Notes: a model not told the origin generated them from the sequence alone. A DNA stretch of 64,000 bases from Lama guanicoe (GCA_013239625.1 MU054187.1:1-64000); one strand, 5' to 3'; positions 1-11,043 are shown, counted from the first letter of the stretch. Made by a program: numbers and translations.

Positions 1-48
1 CCCTAACCCTAACCCTAACCCTAACCCTAACCCCGACCCTAACCCTAA
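1..48. repeat. Vertebrate telomeric repeat (CCCTAA)n, with one variant unit CCCCGA at 31-36
   Basis: Five CCCTAA, then CCCCGA, then two CCCTAA, starting at position 1. The C-rich strand is on +, as expected for a left chromosome end. Confidence 0.95.
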
Positions 49-609
49 CAAGACTGGTACACCCAAAATCATAAAGCATTGGTGAAAGAAATTCTCAATA
101 AATATGGAGACATCCCAAGGTGGTGGAAGCACTTCATCTTATTAAGATGGGAAAGATGGCAACAGTGTATGATGCAACCAACTGATTCAATGTTATTCCT
201 GTGAAATATCCCAAGGCCTAAGGGAAGAAATACAGAAGCCCTCCTACCCGACGTCTGGAATCACAAGGGACTCCAAAGTGCCAAAGCAATCTTGGAAGAG
301 AAAATCAAAGTTGGAGGCTCACATTTTCCAATTTCAAATCTTAGGACAGAGCAACAGTAAATAAAACAATGTGATACTGGCATAAATGCCTACTTATAGA
401 TCTATGGAATTGAATGGTGAGCCCAGAAATAAACCCATCCATCTAGGGTCAACTGATTTTTTACAACAGTGGGCAATATTAAACTGGGAAAAATAATATT
501 TTCAACAAATGGTGCTGGACAATTGGCTACCCAAGTGTAGAGGAATAAAATTGGGTCCTTCACACCACATACAAAACTAACTCAAGAGAGATTAAAAAGC
601 TTAAATTTA

Positions 610-676
610 CTTGACATAACATTGTAAAACGATTTTAACTCAATAAAAAAAGTTTAAAAAATAAAATAAAAATTTT
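610..676 (+). mobile_element. Very short 5'-truncated young L1 3' end with poly(A) and TSD
   Basis: TTGACATAACATTGTAAAAC..TAACTCAATAAAAAAA with an A-rich tail; direct repeat AAAAAGCTTAAATTTA at 594-609 and 677-692. Confidence 0.8.
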
Positions 677-708
677 AAAAAGCTTAAATTTAAAAAGAAT
701 TAAAATTA

Positions 709-1004
709 TAGTCAGCCTTCCTTATCTGCAGGTTCCACATCCACAGAATCAACCAACTGTGGATAGAACTTGAGAAAGTTCCATACAGAAACACTTGAAT
801 TTGCTGCACGTCAGCAAGTATTTCACATTAGTTTTTTCAGAACTATTTACATATCATTTACATTGTATTAGGTATTATAACTGATCTAGAAATGATTTAA
901 AGTAAAGAAGAAGTTGTGCTTAGATTATTTGCAAATACTACACCATTTTATACAAAGGACTTGAGCACTGGAACCAAAACCTCATAGATAGGGAAGAACA
1001 GCTG
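709..1004 (-). mobile_element. MER2/MER2B-like TcMar-Tigger MITE
   Basis: CATTTACATTGTATTAGGTATTATAA..CTAGAAATGATTTAAAGTA..GCAAATACTACACCATTTTAT matches the recalled MER2 consensus; TA at both flanks. Confidence 0.8.
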
Positions 1005-1769
1005 TATAAGCTTTAAAAAAAAAAAGGGACAAATCATCTTACCTTGGATTTAGCAATTTTCTTAGATCTGACATCAAAACACAAGCAATGAAAGAAAAAA
1101 GATAAATTACATTTCCTCAGAATTAAAATTTGTGTGCATCAAAGATGCTATCCAGAAAGTGAAAAGAAAATCAAAGAAAATATCTGCACATTATATATCT
1201 GAAAAGAATCTTTATCAAGAATATACCAAGAACTTCTACAAGTCATAAACAAAAAGACAAGCAAGCCAACTTCTAAAATAGTAAAAGAACTTGAATAGAC
1301 CCTTCTCCAGACAAGACATACAGTCAACAAGCACATGACAATATCATTAGTCATGATGGAAATGCAAATTAGTACAATGCCATACCCCTTCAAACACACT
1401 AGAAAGCTTACAATCAAAAAACTAAATAAAAATAACAAATATTTGCAAACCTGTAGAGAAACTGAAACCCTTAAAACATTATTTGTGGAATTGGAAAATG
1501 GCACAGACTATGTGGACAACAGTTTGTCATTTCCTCAAAAAGATTAAAATACAGTTACCCATGGTTCAACAACCTCACTCCTAGGTATAGACATCAAAGC
1601 ATTAAAAAGAGGTGTTCAAAAAAAAACTGTGCATGAACGTTCACAGCAGCAATATTCACAATGGCCAAAAAGGTAGAACAATTGAAATATTCATCATGGG
1701 CTGAATAGATAAACAAATGAGGTCTGTCCATAAACTGCCCTATGATCCTGTCAGATAAAGGAATAAAGT

Positions 1770-2376
1770 AAAACGGTGCAATCACTGTGGAAAACAACAT
1801 GGCAATTCCTTAGAATCTTACACATGGGGTTAACATGTGATCCCATCAATTCCACTTCAGAGTGTATGTTCAAAATACTTGAAAGCAGGGGCTGAAACAG
1901 ACATGGGTACCCCCATGGTCATCATAGCATTAATCACAATAGCAAAAGGTGGAAGCAACTCAAGTGTCCATCAACAGATGAATGGATAAACTAAATGTGG
2001 TATAGACACAATGGGACACTACACAGCCTTAGCAGCTAAGGAATTATGACACATACTACAACGTGGATAAATCTTGACATCACTGTGCTACGTGCAATAA
2101 GCAAGCACAGAAGGACAAATGTCATATGATTCCACTTATACAAGGTATTCAGAGAAGCCAAATTCAGAGATAGAAAGAAGATCATTGTCAGGGGCTGAGG
2201 GGAGTTAGTGTTAATGGATACAGAGTGTCACTTAGGGAAAATGAGTAAATTCTGGAAACGGATGGTGAGAATATTTGTACAACTGTGTAAATGCAGTTCA
2301 TGTGATAGTACTGTGTATTTAAAATGGTTTAAATAGTAAATGTTATGTTATGCATTTTTAATCACAATGGGGAAAA
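1770..2376 (+). mobile_element. L1MB-like 3' end
   Basis: CAAGTGTCCATCAACAGATGAATGGATAAA, GGACAAATGTCATATGATTCCACTTATA, ending TTTTAATCACAAT. Confidence 0.75.
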
Positions 2377-3029
2377 ATGAATGAAGCACTGATGATTCAC
2401 GTTACAACTTGGATGAACACTGAAAACACTCTAAGTGTGAGAAGTCAGAAGCCCAGGCTGTACCATCTCGTGCACTTTAAGTCCATTAAGATTTTTTTAA
2501 ATGAGGGGAATTATCATAATAGTTTCTGAAAAAGAAAACTGGATCAGAATGGAAAAAGACATTTCCGTAACTTGGGGCAATGGTGAAGGTTGAGGTGGGC
2601 TTGTGAATGGGATTATAAGGTGGAACCATAAAATTTCTTCATTTGGGGTTTATCTGCTGGTTCCTTGAGAGAGTATTCCAGTTTTGGTAAAACCCACTGG
2701 AGTATTTTATATCAGGTAGCAAATGTGAGTACTATGTAATGCTGGTTAAAATATTTTATGTTTGAAATTACTAGAAACTAAATCACTTTTCAACACAACC
2801 ATGTAAATACCACGTGAAAAAAGCAGAGAAGACATCAGATTTCCTTTTAGAGGCCAACCCTTAACCAGGTCCAGTTCACCCAAAGTGCTGATGCTAACCA
2901 TCCTTGTAGGAGTCCACAGGTAATTTAGAGGCACTGTTGGAAGATTAGCAGCCACTGTGTCTTAGGTGCTGTGGATGACCTGGATGGAGTCCAAATAGGG
3001 TGATTTCTGATTTCTAGTTTTCCACATCC

Positions 3030-3838
3030 AACCATCAAAAAACTCTCAGAACTAATGAATCATTTCAGTAAAGCGACAAAGTTACAAAGTCAATACACAA
3101 AAACCAGTTGTCTCTCTACACATTAATAATGAAACATCAGAAAAAGGTCTTTTTAAAAAAAATCCCATTTACCATTGCTTCCCCCCAAAATACCTAGGGA
3201 TAAATTAAATCAAGGATGTGAAAGACCTGAACACTGAAAATTCAAAGACACTGAGGAAAGAAACAACAGACACAAATAAACGGAAAGATGCCCTCTGCTT
3301 ACGGACAGAAAGAATTAATATTGTTAAAATGTCCATCCTACCCCAAAGTGATGTTCAAATTCAAAGCAATGCTGGTCAAATCACTGTGCCCTACACCAGA
3401 AAGTAATGGAACATTGTAAACTGACTATATTTCAATAAAATAAAATAAACTTCAATGGCATTTTTCACAGGAACAGAACAAAGAATCCTAACATTCATAT
3501 GCAAACACAAAGGACCCTGAACAGCCAAAGGGATTCTGTGAAAGGAGAACAGGCTGGAGGTATCTCCTCCCCTGACTTCACACTCTGTTATGTAACTACA
3601 GTCACCAAAAAAGTGCGGAATTGGCCCCAAAACAAGGACACGAACCAGAGGAACAGATAGAGAGCCCGGAAATAAACTATGGGTATGTGGTCAGTTAATC
3701 TACATGAAAGGAGTGAGGAACCTACGCCAGGGAAAGGACAGTCCCCTCAATGAATGGCGCTGGGAACACTAGACAGCACACACCAAAGAAGGACACGGCA
3801 CACTCTACACCACACACAAAAACTGAGTAAAACAGATA
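3030..3838 (+). mobile_element. L1 ORF2 fragment, with a small young L1 3'-end insertion at about 3381-3450
   Basis: ORF 3218-3406 translates to ORF2-like RINIVKMSILP; the insert reads ACACCAGAAAGT..AACATTGTAAACTGACTATATTTCAATAAAATAAAATAAA. Confidence 0.8.
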
Positions 3839-4546
3839 CTCAGCTGGCAATGACATGTAGGCAATATACTGGGGCTACAGCTGGAGCAGCTAGGAGGGGT
3901 CTGGTTGCAGCTGTAAAACTGAGAGCCGAGGCACAGACACGGTAGGATGGCCAAGCTGTGTCACAAGGCAACAACAATGGTGAGCTTTGTGGAGTCCCTG
4001 TCAGAGGCCCAGTACTCTAAGTCCTAAACTACCTAGATTTAGAATCTAGTTTATCTTATTCTACATGTTGACAGTAATAGGATTAGCAATGCCTACCTTA
4101 AGCTAAGACTTTGGTTTCTTTTTTTTTAACCATTCAGTGATTTCTCACTTTATACTAAGCATTTGTGACTTTGAGCACCAGAACTCAAACACAAGATGAT
4201 GAAAAAATAGGGACTAGGAAGGAAAGACTGAAAATGGATAAACTGCAAAACAACGCATTCTTACAAAGGCACAAGAATGTGCTTTTGGAGCTGAAGACCA
4301 AATTCCACTTCTGCTATAGTGGCGAGGTTAAAAATGGGAATCCTTTCCACCTACTCTGGCTGACATTTCTCAGTTCGCTTCAACCACTATTTTAATTTTC
4401 TCTACAACAGACACCTTCGTTTGAGAATACTTCTACCTAGTGACTTTGTAACCGTTTCTACTCAGTCGGGGCCGCCTTCCCACTGTATTCCGTTTTACAT
4501 CTGTTTTCCAAGCGCTGGGATATTTAAGCAAGCTGCCTACGGGGTC

Positions 4547-4710
4547 TAAGGGTTCTCAAAGTGAGGCGGAACGGAGGCGGTCACCTGGCAACTTGTCAGA
4601 AATGCAAGTTCTCTGGATCCACTCCGGACCCTCGGAGTCCGAAACTCAGTCACCGGCTGTAGCAAGTTGCAAGGGGATTCCAGCGGCTCTGAACTTGAAA
4701 ATTCCAGCTC
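4547..4710. mobile_element. MER5A-like hAT-Charlie MITE at the edge of the CpG island
   Basis: GGTTCTCAAAGTG..TCACCTGGCAACTTGTCAGAAATGCAAGTTCTC..GAAACTC. Confidence 0.6.
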
Positions 4711-4859
4711 TGGATGCTAACCCCTAGCCCCCAGCAGATGGGGAAACGCCACCTCTGCCTCCAGTTATCCACGGCTGCAACCATTCCCTAAGTACCGACT
4801 GTTAAGTTCACAGCCCACCTCGTTAACATTTATTTTTATTAAGGCTGGGCCTGCCTGAC

Positions 4860-5620
4860 AAACCCCACGCGGGGCGCCCGCCCAGTAGCTCCCCGACCCG
4901 GAGCCGATGGCGGCGCTCTGCCGGCCTCGGGCCCGGTTACAGGCGGAAAGAACAACGTCGCACGACCCGCCCCAGAGCTGGTGCCCGTGCTCTGCTGCCA
5001 GCCGCCGCGCTGGGGGACAGTCCCAGATAGCGCGGACGGGGGCGGGGGGGCACGCCCCCTCCTGAGCACCGACCAATCGCAGCACGCGGCGCGACGTCCT
5101 CTAGAGGAGGCGGTGCGCCCGGAGAGTCCCCGCCCCCGGCCCCAGCACCCGCCAATCGCAGCGCGCGGTGCGGCACGGTGCGCCGAGTTGGTTCGGCGGC
5201 GCGCGGCCTTCCGGCGTTCTGAGGCGGCGGCGCACCCCTGAGGAGGCGGCGCGCCCGGAGATGCCCCGCCGGGGCCGCTCTGGCGGCGCGAAGGTAGGCT
5301 GAGGGCGCCGCCTCCTCGGTCCCTCCCTGTCGGCCGGGCCCGTGGGCCGCAGGGTGCGGGTGGCTGGCCCCGGGCGGGGCGTCTGTGGCGTCTGTGGCGC
5401 GGACGCAGCTCGCGTCGGGGGCGGGGCGGGAGGAGCCGCCTCCTGGAGAGCGGGGGTCGCGGCAGCGGGTCAGTCGGTCCGCGGGGTCCGCGCGGTCGGC
5501 GCCTCGCCGGGGTTCGGCGGTGTTTGCGCCGCGTGGGCGCGGGGTCTGGAGTGGGGGCGGCCGGGTGACGCGCGGGGTGAGGGCACTTGCGTTCTGAGTC
5601 GCTGCGTGTGCCCTGCGTGT
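4860..5620. promoter_or_regulatory. SPIDR: CpG-island promoter of SPIDR
   Basis: Abrupt high-GC, CpG-dense block in AT-rich DNA that contains coding exon 1. GC boxes (about 5038-5047 and 5128-5137), CCAAT boxes (5073-5077, 5152-5156), ETS-like CTTCCGG (5208-5214), YY1-like GATGGCGGC (about 4906). Confidence 0.9.
5261..5293 (+). CDS. SPIDR: SPIDR coding exon 1 (MPRRGRSGGAK)
   Basis: ATG in a GAGATG context; donor AAG|GTAGGC, phase 0; resembles the recalled human N-terminus MPRGSRARGSK. Confidence 0.88.
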
Positions 5621-5639
5621 GTCCTTTACCTTTCACAAG

Positions 5640-6140
5640 TTGGTTGTGAGCTTCGTGCTTACAGACGTCCTGGTCTCATCAGGCTAAAAACGTGAACTCT
5701 TCTTTTTACCAAAAATCTTCCTCAGAAAGTAGATGGTGTCTGCTAGGCTTCTCCGATGTAAAGCTACTGTTTTTACCTTTGGAATTAATACGTACTTTGT
5801 GGGGCGGTGCTTTGTGACCGTGTGTACATCCTCTTCAAACTTTCATCCACTAGTTTTAGCATTCGTTAATGATTTTCTAAATTCATCATTTACTTATTTG
5901 TTTCTACCAATGTGGACTCATTTTTATTTCATTGAATAGGTTTTAATCCTTCAGTGGCATTATTTATTTGATGCTGGAATGCGCACATTTGGCCACAGTG
6001 AGAGCCCCTTCATGCAGGTTCATGTGTCCTTTTGACATGTTCTGATTATTCCTTGAGCAGTGTTTTACTCTCTGTCTTGATACTTCAGGCTACTCTTGTC
6101 CTTTCCTGTCCCATCGCTGGTATAACCCACTTTAAAGAGC
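5640..6140 (-). mobile_element. Old L1 (L1MC-like) 3' UTR fragment
   Basis: GTGTCTGCTAGGCTTCTCCGATGTAAAGCTACT and GAGAGCCCCTTCA..GTGTCCTTTTGACATG resemble the reverse L1MC 3' UTR. Confidence 0.55.
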
Positions 6141-6907
6141 TGGGCTGATTTAATGTGTTAAAGAGGTATTCTGGAGTTTAAAATGTATGTATGTGGTGGT
6201 GGGGGGGCTCTAAATAGACCAAATGACATTTCCACTTTCTTTACTGTTCCAGATAACTAAGTGAGCTTCTTCAGAGCTGTCAGATAACAGCACCCTGGTG
6301 GAGGTAGCACCTTCCTGGGGATAGATGCCTCTTCCTCTTGCAGTCCTGCCCAACTGTAGGAATCTCTGCTTATGAAGGAACATGCTTAGATCTATTAAGT
6401 ATTAAAATACCATCTGTGTTATGGCTGAATTTATGAATTTGTTCCTTCCTCCTAGCTAAGGAAGTTTTAACGGTATATATTAATCTTTTTTTTTTCTCAA
6501 ACTACAGTGGCATTGATGAAGAGTTTTATTTCTGATTAGGTGATCAGCTCGTAGTACTTTACCTTAATTTGGTTCCCGATGCAAATATGAAATTTTCCGT
6601 AAAATGCAAATTTTAAAACTTATGAATTGAATACATGTCTGTTGTAGAGATTTTAAACAAAACAGAAGATGTAATACAGTCCAGGACTTTGGAGGGTCCT
6701 TGTTTGCCTCACACGTGCATTTTGGAGTGTGTTGTCTAGTTGTAAGTGTTGTTCAAACGCTCTTGGTTTTGCTGTCTCATGACTCTGTGGATTCAGAGAC
6801 TTTTAAAAACTGCTGCCATTCCTAGGTTTCCATGTTGTTAATTGTTAATGTGTATATAATGAAGTTGTTTTCATTACTTTTTTTCCCTTTACAAACTGTC
6901 TCTACAG

Positions 6908-7063
6908 AGAAAAAGAAATTGGGATATAGAATATGCATCCTTTCCAGGAGACACCCCACTGCAGTGCAGAAAAGCAGGTCTCAGGACCGTAGGGGCAGCT
7001 GCTTCCCTCTCTGAAGCATGGCTCCGGTGTGGAGAAGGATTTCAGGAGACTGCTGGGACTCCG
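6908..7063 (+). CDS. SPIDR: SPIDR exon 2 (RKRNWDIEYASFPGDTPLQCRKAGLRTVGAAASLSEAWLRCGEGFQETAGTP)
   Basis: Acceptor TCTACAG|, donor CCG|GTAAGG, 156 nt; contains the SPIDR motif AAASLSEAWLRCGEGFQ. Confidence 0.95.
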
Positions 7064-7719
7064 GTAAGGTAGCTGTAATACTGTTTGCCCTGAGTGCTGA
7101 AGGATAAATCCTAGTTACTGAGTGTTAAGGCCACTGTAATGTATTCCTTTGGCATTCCCGTCTTTATTTCCTTTCAGAACACTGTATTTGGTGGATTACT
7201 TTTTTCACTCATCCTTGAATTCCTTAAAAATTGTGACGAATTAGTATTCACCCCTTTCTGTCATGCAGAGCCTCTATACTTCTTTGTAAGTAAAGGATAC
7301 ATGCTGAAAATGTTCTTAGAAGATGAAGCGGTTGAGCATTTGCTCTATAAAAAGTACATTTATGAAACGCTGACATATTCAGAATCTTACAGCAGTGAGA
7401 TATTCAGGCTAATTTTTGTTTATGTGCTAACTTTGAAGTATACACCATAAAGAGGAGTGCTCACCACTGTTATAAACTTTAAAGGTTGGGCAGCTCTCGC
7501 TCTATTTAGCTTCAGGAAAAGTGTATTTATTAAGTATATGAGGAGTGTGTGCTTTGGGAATACTTTTTGGTAAATATAAACAGGAAAAGAAATATGTTAA
7601 GGGGATATAGTGTAAGTTCTTGAATGTTTTACAAAATATTGTTGGTTTTTGGCCCCGTCCCCTAAATTACTACATCATTATTAATTATTATTATTGTTGT
7701 TATCGTTATCTACCTGCAG

Positions 7720-7786
7720 TCGTTAACAGCTGAAAAGAAGACTAATACAGAGGAGCACCTTGAATTATCCTCTAGACACAAGAAAG
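7720..7786 (+). CDS. SPIDR: SPIDR exon 3 (SLTAEKKTNTEEHLELSSRHKK)
   Basis: Acceptor CCTGCAG|, donor AAG|GTAATA, 67 nt, ends in phase 1; matches recalled human SLTAEEKTITEKHLEL. Confidence 0.92.
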
Positions 7787-8614
7787 GTAATATATTCATG
7801 GTTTAAAAAACACCCAAACAGTGTAAAAAGATACTTTTTTGGAAAAATCTCTCCCTCACCTTTGTCATCATCTACCCCTTTTTCTGCATCCTGTTGGTAA
7901 TTATTAAAAAAATTTCATGTGTCCTTTCTGGGCTCACTGTTATCAACAGAGCCCAGTAGGTAAGCTCAAGGTCGTAGCACCAGGGTTTAAAAAAAAAAAT
8001 CTGATTTGGGAAATACAGTTATGACCTGTGGTATAAGGACTATACTACTAGTTAATGAAATTCTTACTTGGCAAATTAGTTGGGGAAAGCTTTTGGTTAC
8101 AAATGATACGAAGCCCTATTGAGGTGTTTGAAGAAATGGGGTTAAATTTATCTCCTGCAACAAGAAGTCCAGGGTCCCCGACTTGTTCTGAGTTCTGTAG
8201 CCCTAGTGTGGGGTTTGTTTTTGTGGTTGCTAGGTAGAAGCTGGATTCTCCAGACCCAATTCTCAGGCAGAGTGTAGGCTTGGAGGATTTTCTCCAAGTA
8301 AACTTTTCCTCTGGGAACAAGTACTCGCCCCAGGACCTCTACCTTTGGTCAGAACCTGTTACATAGGGTCACCTCCACTAAAGAGATGTCAGAAATCAAG
8401 GATTTTAAAACATGTATGTTGCTGATCAGATAAAATTGGTATTTTGTTGATAAGGAAGATGAGAAGAGGTGGGTATCAAGGAGGCCGCTGGTTCTGCTGC
8501 CTCACTCAGTTATCCTGTGGGTGGGGCAGGGGAAGTCAGGGCCTGAGACTTCACAGATCTCAATCTGACCCCACAGTGTTCTGACTGTCCGCCTGCCTGT
8601 GGGGGTCTTGAGAA

Positions 8615-8760
8615 AGCAAGCTAAGCACGCGGAGCCTCAGTTTCTGCACTGGAAAATAGGCATAAGAATTGTGTGTCTCACTGGGTTACTGTGAGCTTTA
8701 AAAAAATTAAAAAGTGCTTAGTTCAAAGGTTCACACTTAGTAGGTGCTTAATGGTACCAG
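8615..8760 (+). mobile_element. MIR SINE remnant
   Basis: GAGCCTCAGTTTCTGCACTGGAAAATAGG core and TAGTAGGTGCTTAAT tail. Confidence 0.6.
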
Positions 8761-9118
8761 TTACTGTTATGTTTGGTGGCAAAAAGCTATGTGAGAGCCT
8801 GCTCAGAGTCCAGCAGAGTGAGAAAACTTTCTGTGAATAAGACACTAAACACTTCTTTATGCTATATTATTATTTCCCTAATATTTAAGGGGATTCTTTT
8901 TATGCTAATGAGAAATAAAACACCCGTAATTTTTTTAAATTCATGAAACACTTTTATTATTAAATAAGCTGGCCCACAGTGTTTGTAATATCATAGTCTT
9001 CTGATGGTGCTGCAGAATTTATTTTTTATTATTATTAGTGCCAAATGCTGTGATTTTCAAAGATCAATGTAATTCTGATTTCTTAACTGTCATTATATAA
9101 TGTATGGAAAAAATAGTA

Positions 9119-9329
9119 CAGTTGACCTTTGAACAGTGTCAGGGGCCAGAGGTGCTGGCCCTCTATGCAGTATAAAATCCGCCTGTAATAAACTTTACAA
9201 GTCAGCTCTCTGCACCCATGGATTCACCTACTGCGGACTGTGCAGCAGTAGTACCTGTTTTTGAAAAAAATCCACATGTAGCTGAATCCACGCAGTTCAG
9301 ACTTGCGTTGTTCAAGGGTCAACTAACTG
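9119..9329. mobile_element. MER8/Tigger2-type MITE
   Basis: Terminal inverted repeats CAGTTGACCTTTGAACA ... TGTTCAAGGGTCAACT with TA flanks. Confidence 0.85.
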
Positions 9330-9442
9330 TATTTTTGTATACAGATGTAGCTTGTATCTTTTCCTGGAGATTTAAAGTTTGTATAGTCAAATTCAACTTG
9401 GAGAGAGAAAGAAATATTAAATAAGCTACTACCTTGTATTTA

Positions 9443-9509
9443 TTTATTTGATTGATTGATTGTCCTGGGGATTGAATCCAGGACCTTGTGGATGGCAAGC
9501 CATCCCCTG
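9443..9509 (-). mobile_element. Shortened camelid-type tRNA-derived SINE
   Basis: CTGGGGATTGAATCCAGGACC (reverse B box) with a (TTTA/TTGA)n tail; 14-bp TSD CTACCTTGTATTTA at 9429-9442 and 9510-9523. Confidence 0.8.
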
Positions 9510-10359
9510 CTACCTTGTATTTAATTTCAAAAGGATTTTTTGGGATCATTTCCCCATCCCAATATATATTCAACCCATTCTTCTGTACTTTCTGCTTTAT
9601 AGAATGATCAATATATGCTGATAGGCTGTAAGAGCTTATGTCTGTGTATAATTTATTTACAGCATAAGCAGCTTGTTAAGGCAAGAAAGAATTGTTAGTA
9701 ATTTAACAAAAGCTTACAGATAAATATTGGTAGAAAAGGAGCCCCAAGGCACGTTCTGTAACTGGCTCCTTTTTAAAATCATAACGTCTAAAGTTTTAGT
9801 TCAGGACAGGCTATTAAATTTTTAGGACTTGGAAGTAATATTTTTTTGACAGCTGGGAATCAGAAGTAGGGAAACATACTTTTGCATAGTGTGCATAAAA
9901 GCGGGAGACTCCATCTCCTTGTCTCTATATCTGTGTTTCCTTACCTGTAAGGCACTGAAGACCAGAGGAGAAAGGGGGAGGAAATGGAGGATGTGGGAAG
10001 GGGTGAGAAAAGTGAGCAAATGTACGTTCCTCAGAAGGTGTGAGGGACAAGGAGGAAGATAAAAACTTGAAAAGAGGCTGGAACCTTTGTAGATAGTGAT
10101 TTTCTTTAAAAGGCGAAACTTTAAAAAAATGTATCAAAATGGAACTATGTAATAAAAAGGAGATAGTGTTTAATATTTTTCTTAAAATGCCCTGCAAAAT
10201 ATGTTCTCAAAATCTTTGTTATTGAGGTCAGAAATCTCCTTGAGAGGCATTAGTAAATTTCTAAATTATTTGTTGATGTGTTTTTCTCCCCATTCGATCA
10301 TAGGCTTCTTAAGGGCAGGCTCTCCTCTGTTGCTCTTCTTTGTATCCTAGGTAGCTAAG

Positions 10360-10775
10360 GCTAGGCTGGACTAGGGCTGCCATGATGCTGTGCTACAGAC
10401 TGGGTGGTTGGACCAACAGAAACTTACTACCTCGCAGTTCTGGACGCTGGAAGTCCAAAGTGAAGGTACTGGCAGAGTCGGCTCCTGCTAGGATGTGCTC
10501 CAGGCTTCTTTCCTTGACTTGCAGGTGGCTGTCTTCTCTGCATGTGTCTTTCCATTGTCTTCCCTCTCTGCGTGTCTGGTTCTGTGTCCAGATTTCTTCT
10601 TTTATAAGAAAATCTGTCATGTTGAATTAGGGCCCTCCCTAATTATCTCAGTTTAATTCAGTTACTTCTGTAAAAACCCTAGCTCCGAATAAGGTTACGT
10701 TCTGAGATACTGGTGGTTAGAACTTAAAATATGAATGAATTTGGAGGAGGGGGTGTCACAATTCAGCCTGTAGCA
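10360..10775 (-). mobile_element. MLT1 (ERVL-MaLR) solo LTR inserted in an L2 remnant
   Basis: AGGGCTGCCAT..ACAGACTGGGTGG..CAGTTCTGGACGCTGGAAGTCCAA..CACAATTCAGCC; L2-like flanks end in CAATGCCTGGCACA. Confidence 0.75.
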
Positions 10776-11043
10776 GCAGATGCCAGCACAATGCCTGGCA
10801 CACATTGGGCACCCAGAAATGTTTGTAAATGCAAACTGTTCTCATAGTCTGGCTGGTGTCCTTCCTGGAATTTCATTGGAATGGGCCTTGATTTCAAGGG
10901 TACCCCTTTTCAGCAAGTAAAATGGGTTACTATGAGTGATAATGGTAGAGGTTTTGTCTATATAAATTATATAGTTAAGTGCCTGTAATTTATGGGTTTA
11001 TGAATCCATTATACAACCTGAAAATAGTGATAATTATATTTCC

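Larger units (their letters stand above)
49..1750 (+). mobile_element. Old L1 (L1M-type) ORF2 3' region into 3' end, decayed and interrupted by younger insertions
   Basis: L1 ORF2-like DNA: GCCCAGAAATAAACCCA, TTTTCAACAAATGGTGCTGG, GGAAATGCAAATT, CACTCCTAGGTAT. No intact ORF. Confidence 0.85.

Noticed and set aside
4716..4732. Telomere-like CTAACCCCTAGCCC near the promoter
   Set aside because: Only about two degenerate units, which is compatible with chance.
4765..5695. Long overlapping ORFs (up to 265 aa) in the CpG island
   Set aside because: Arg/Pro/Gly/Ala-rich translations expected where high GC depletes stop codons; no recognisable domain. The real coding part is the 33-nt exon 1.
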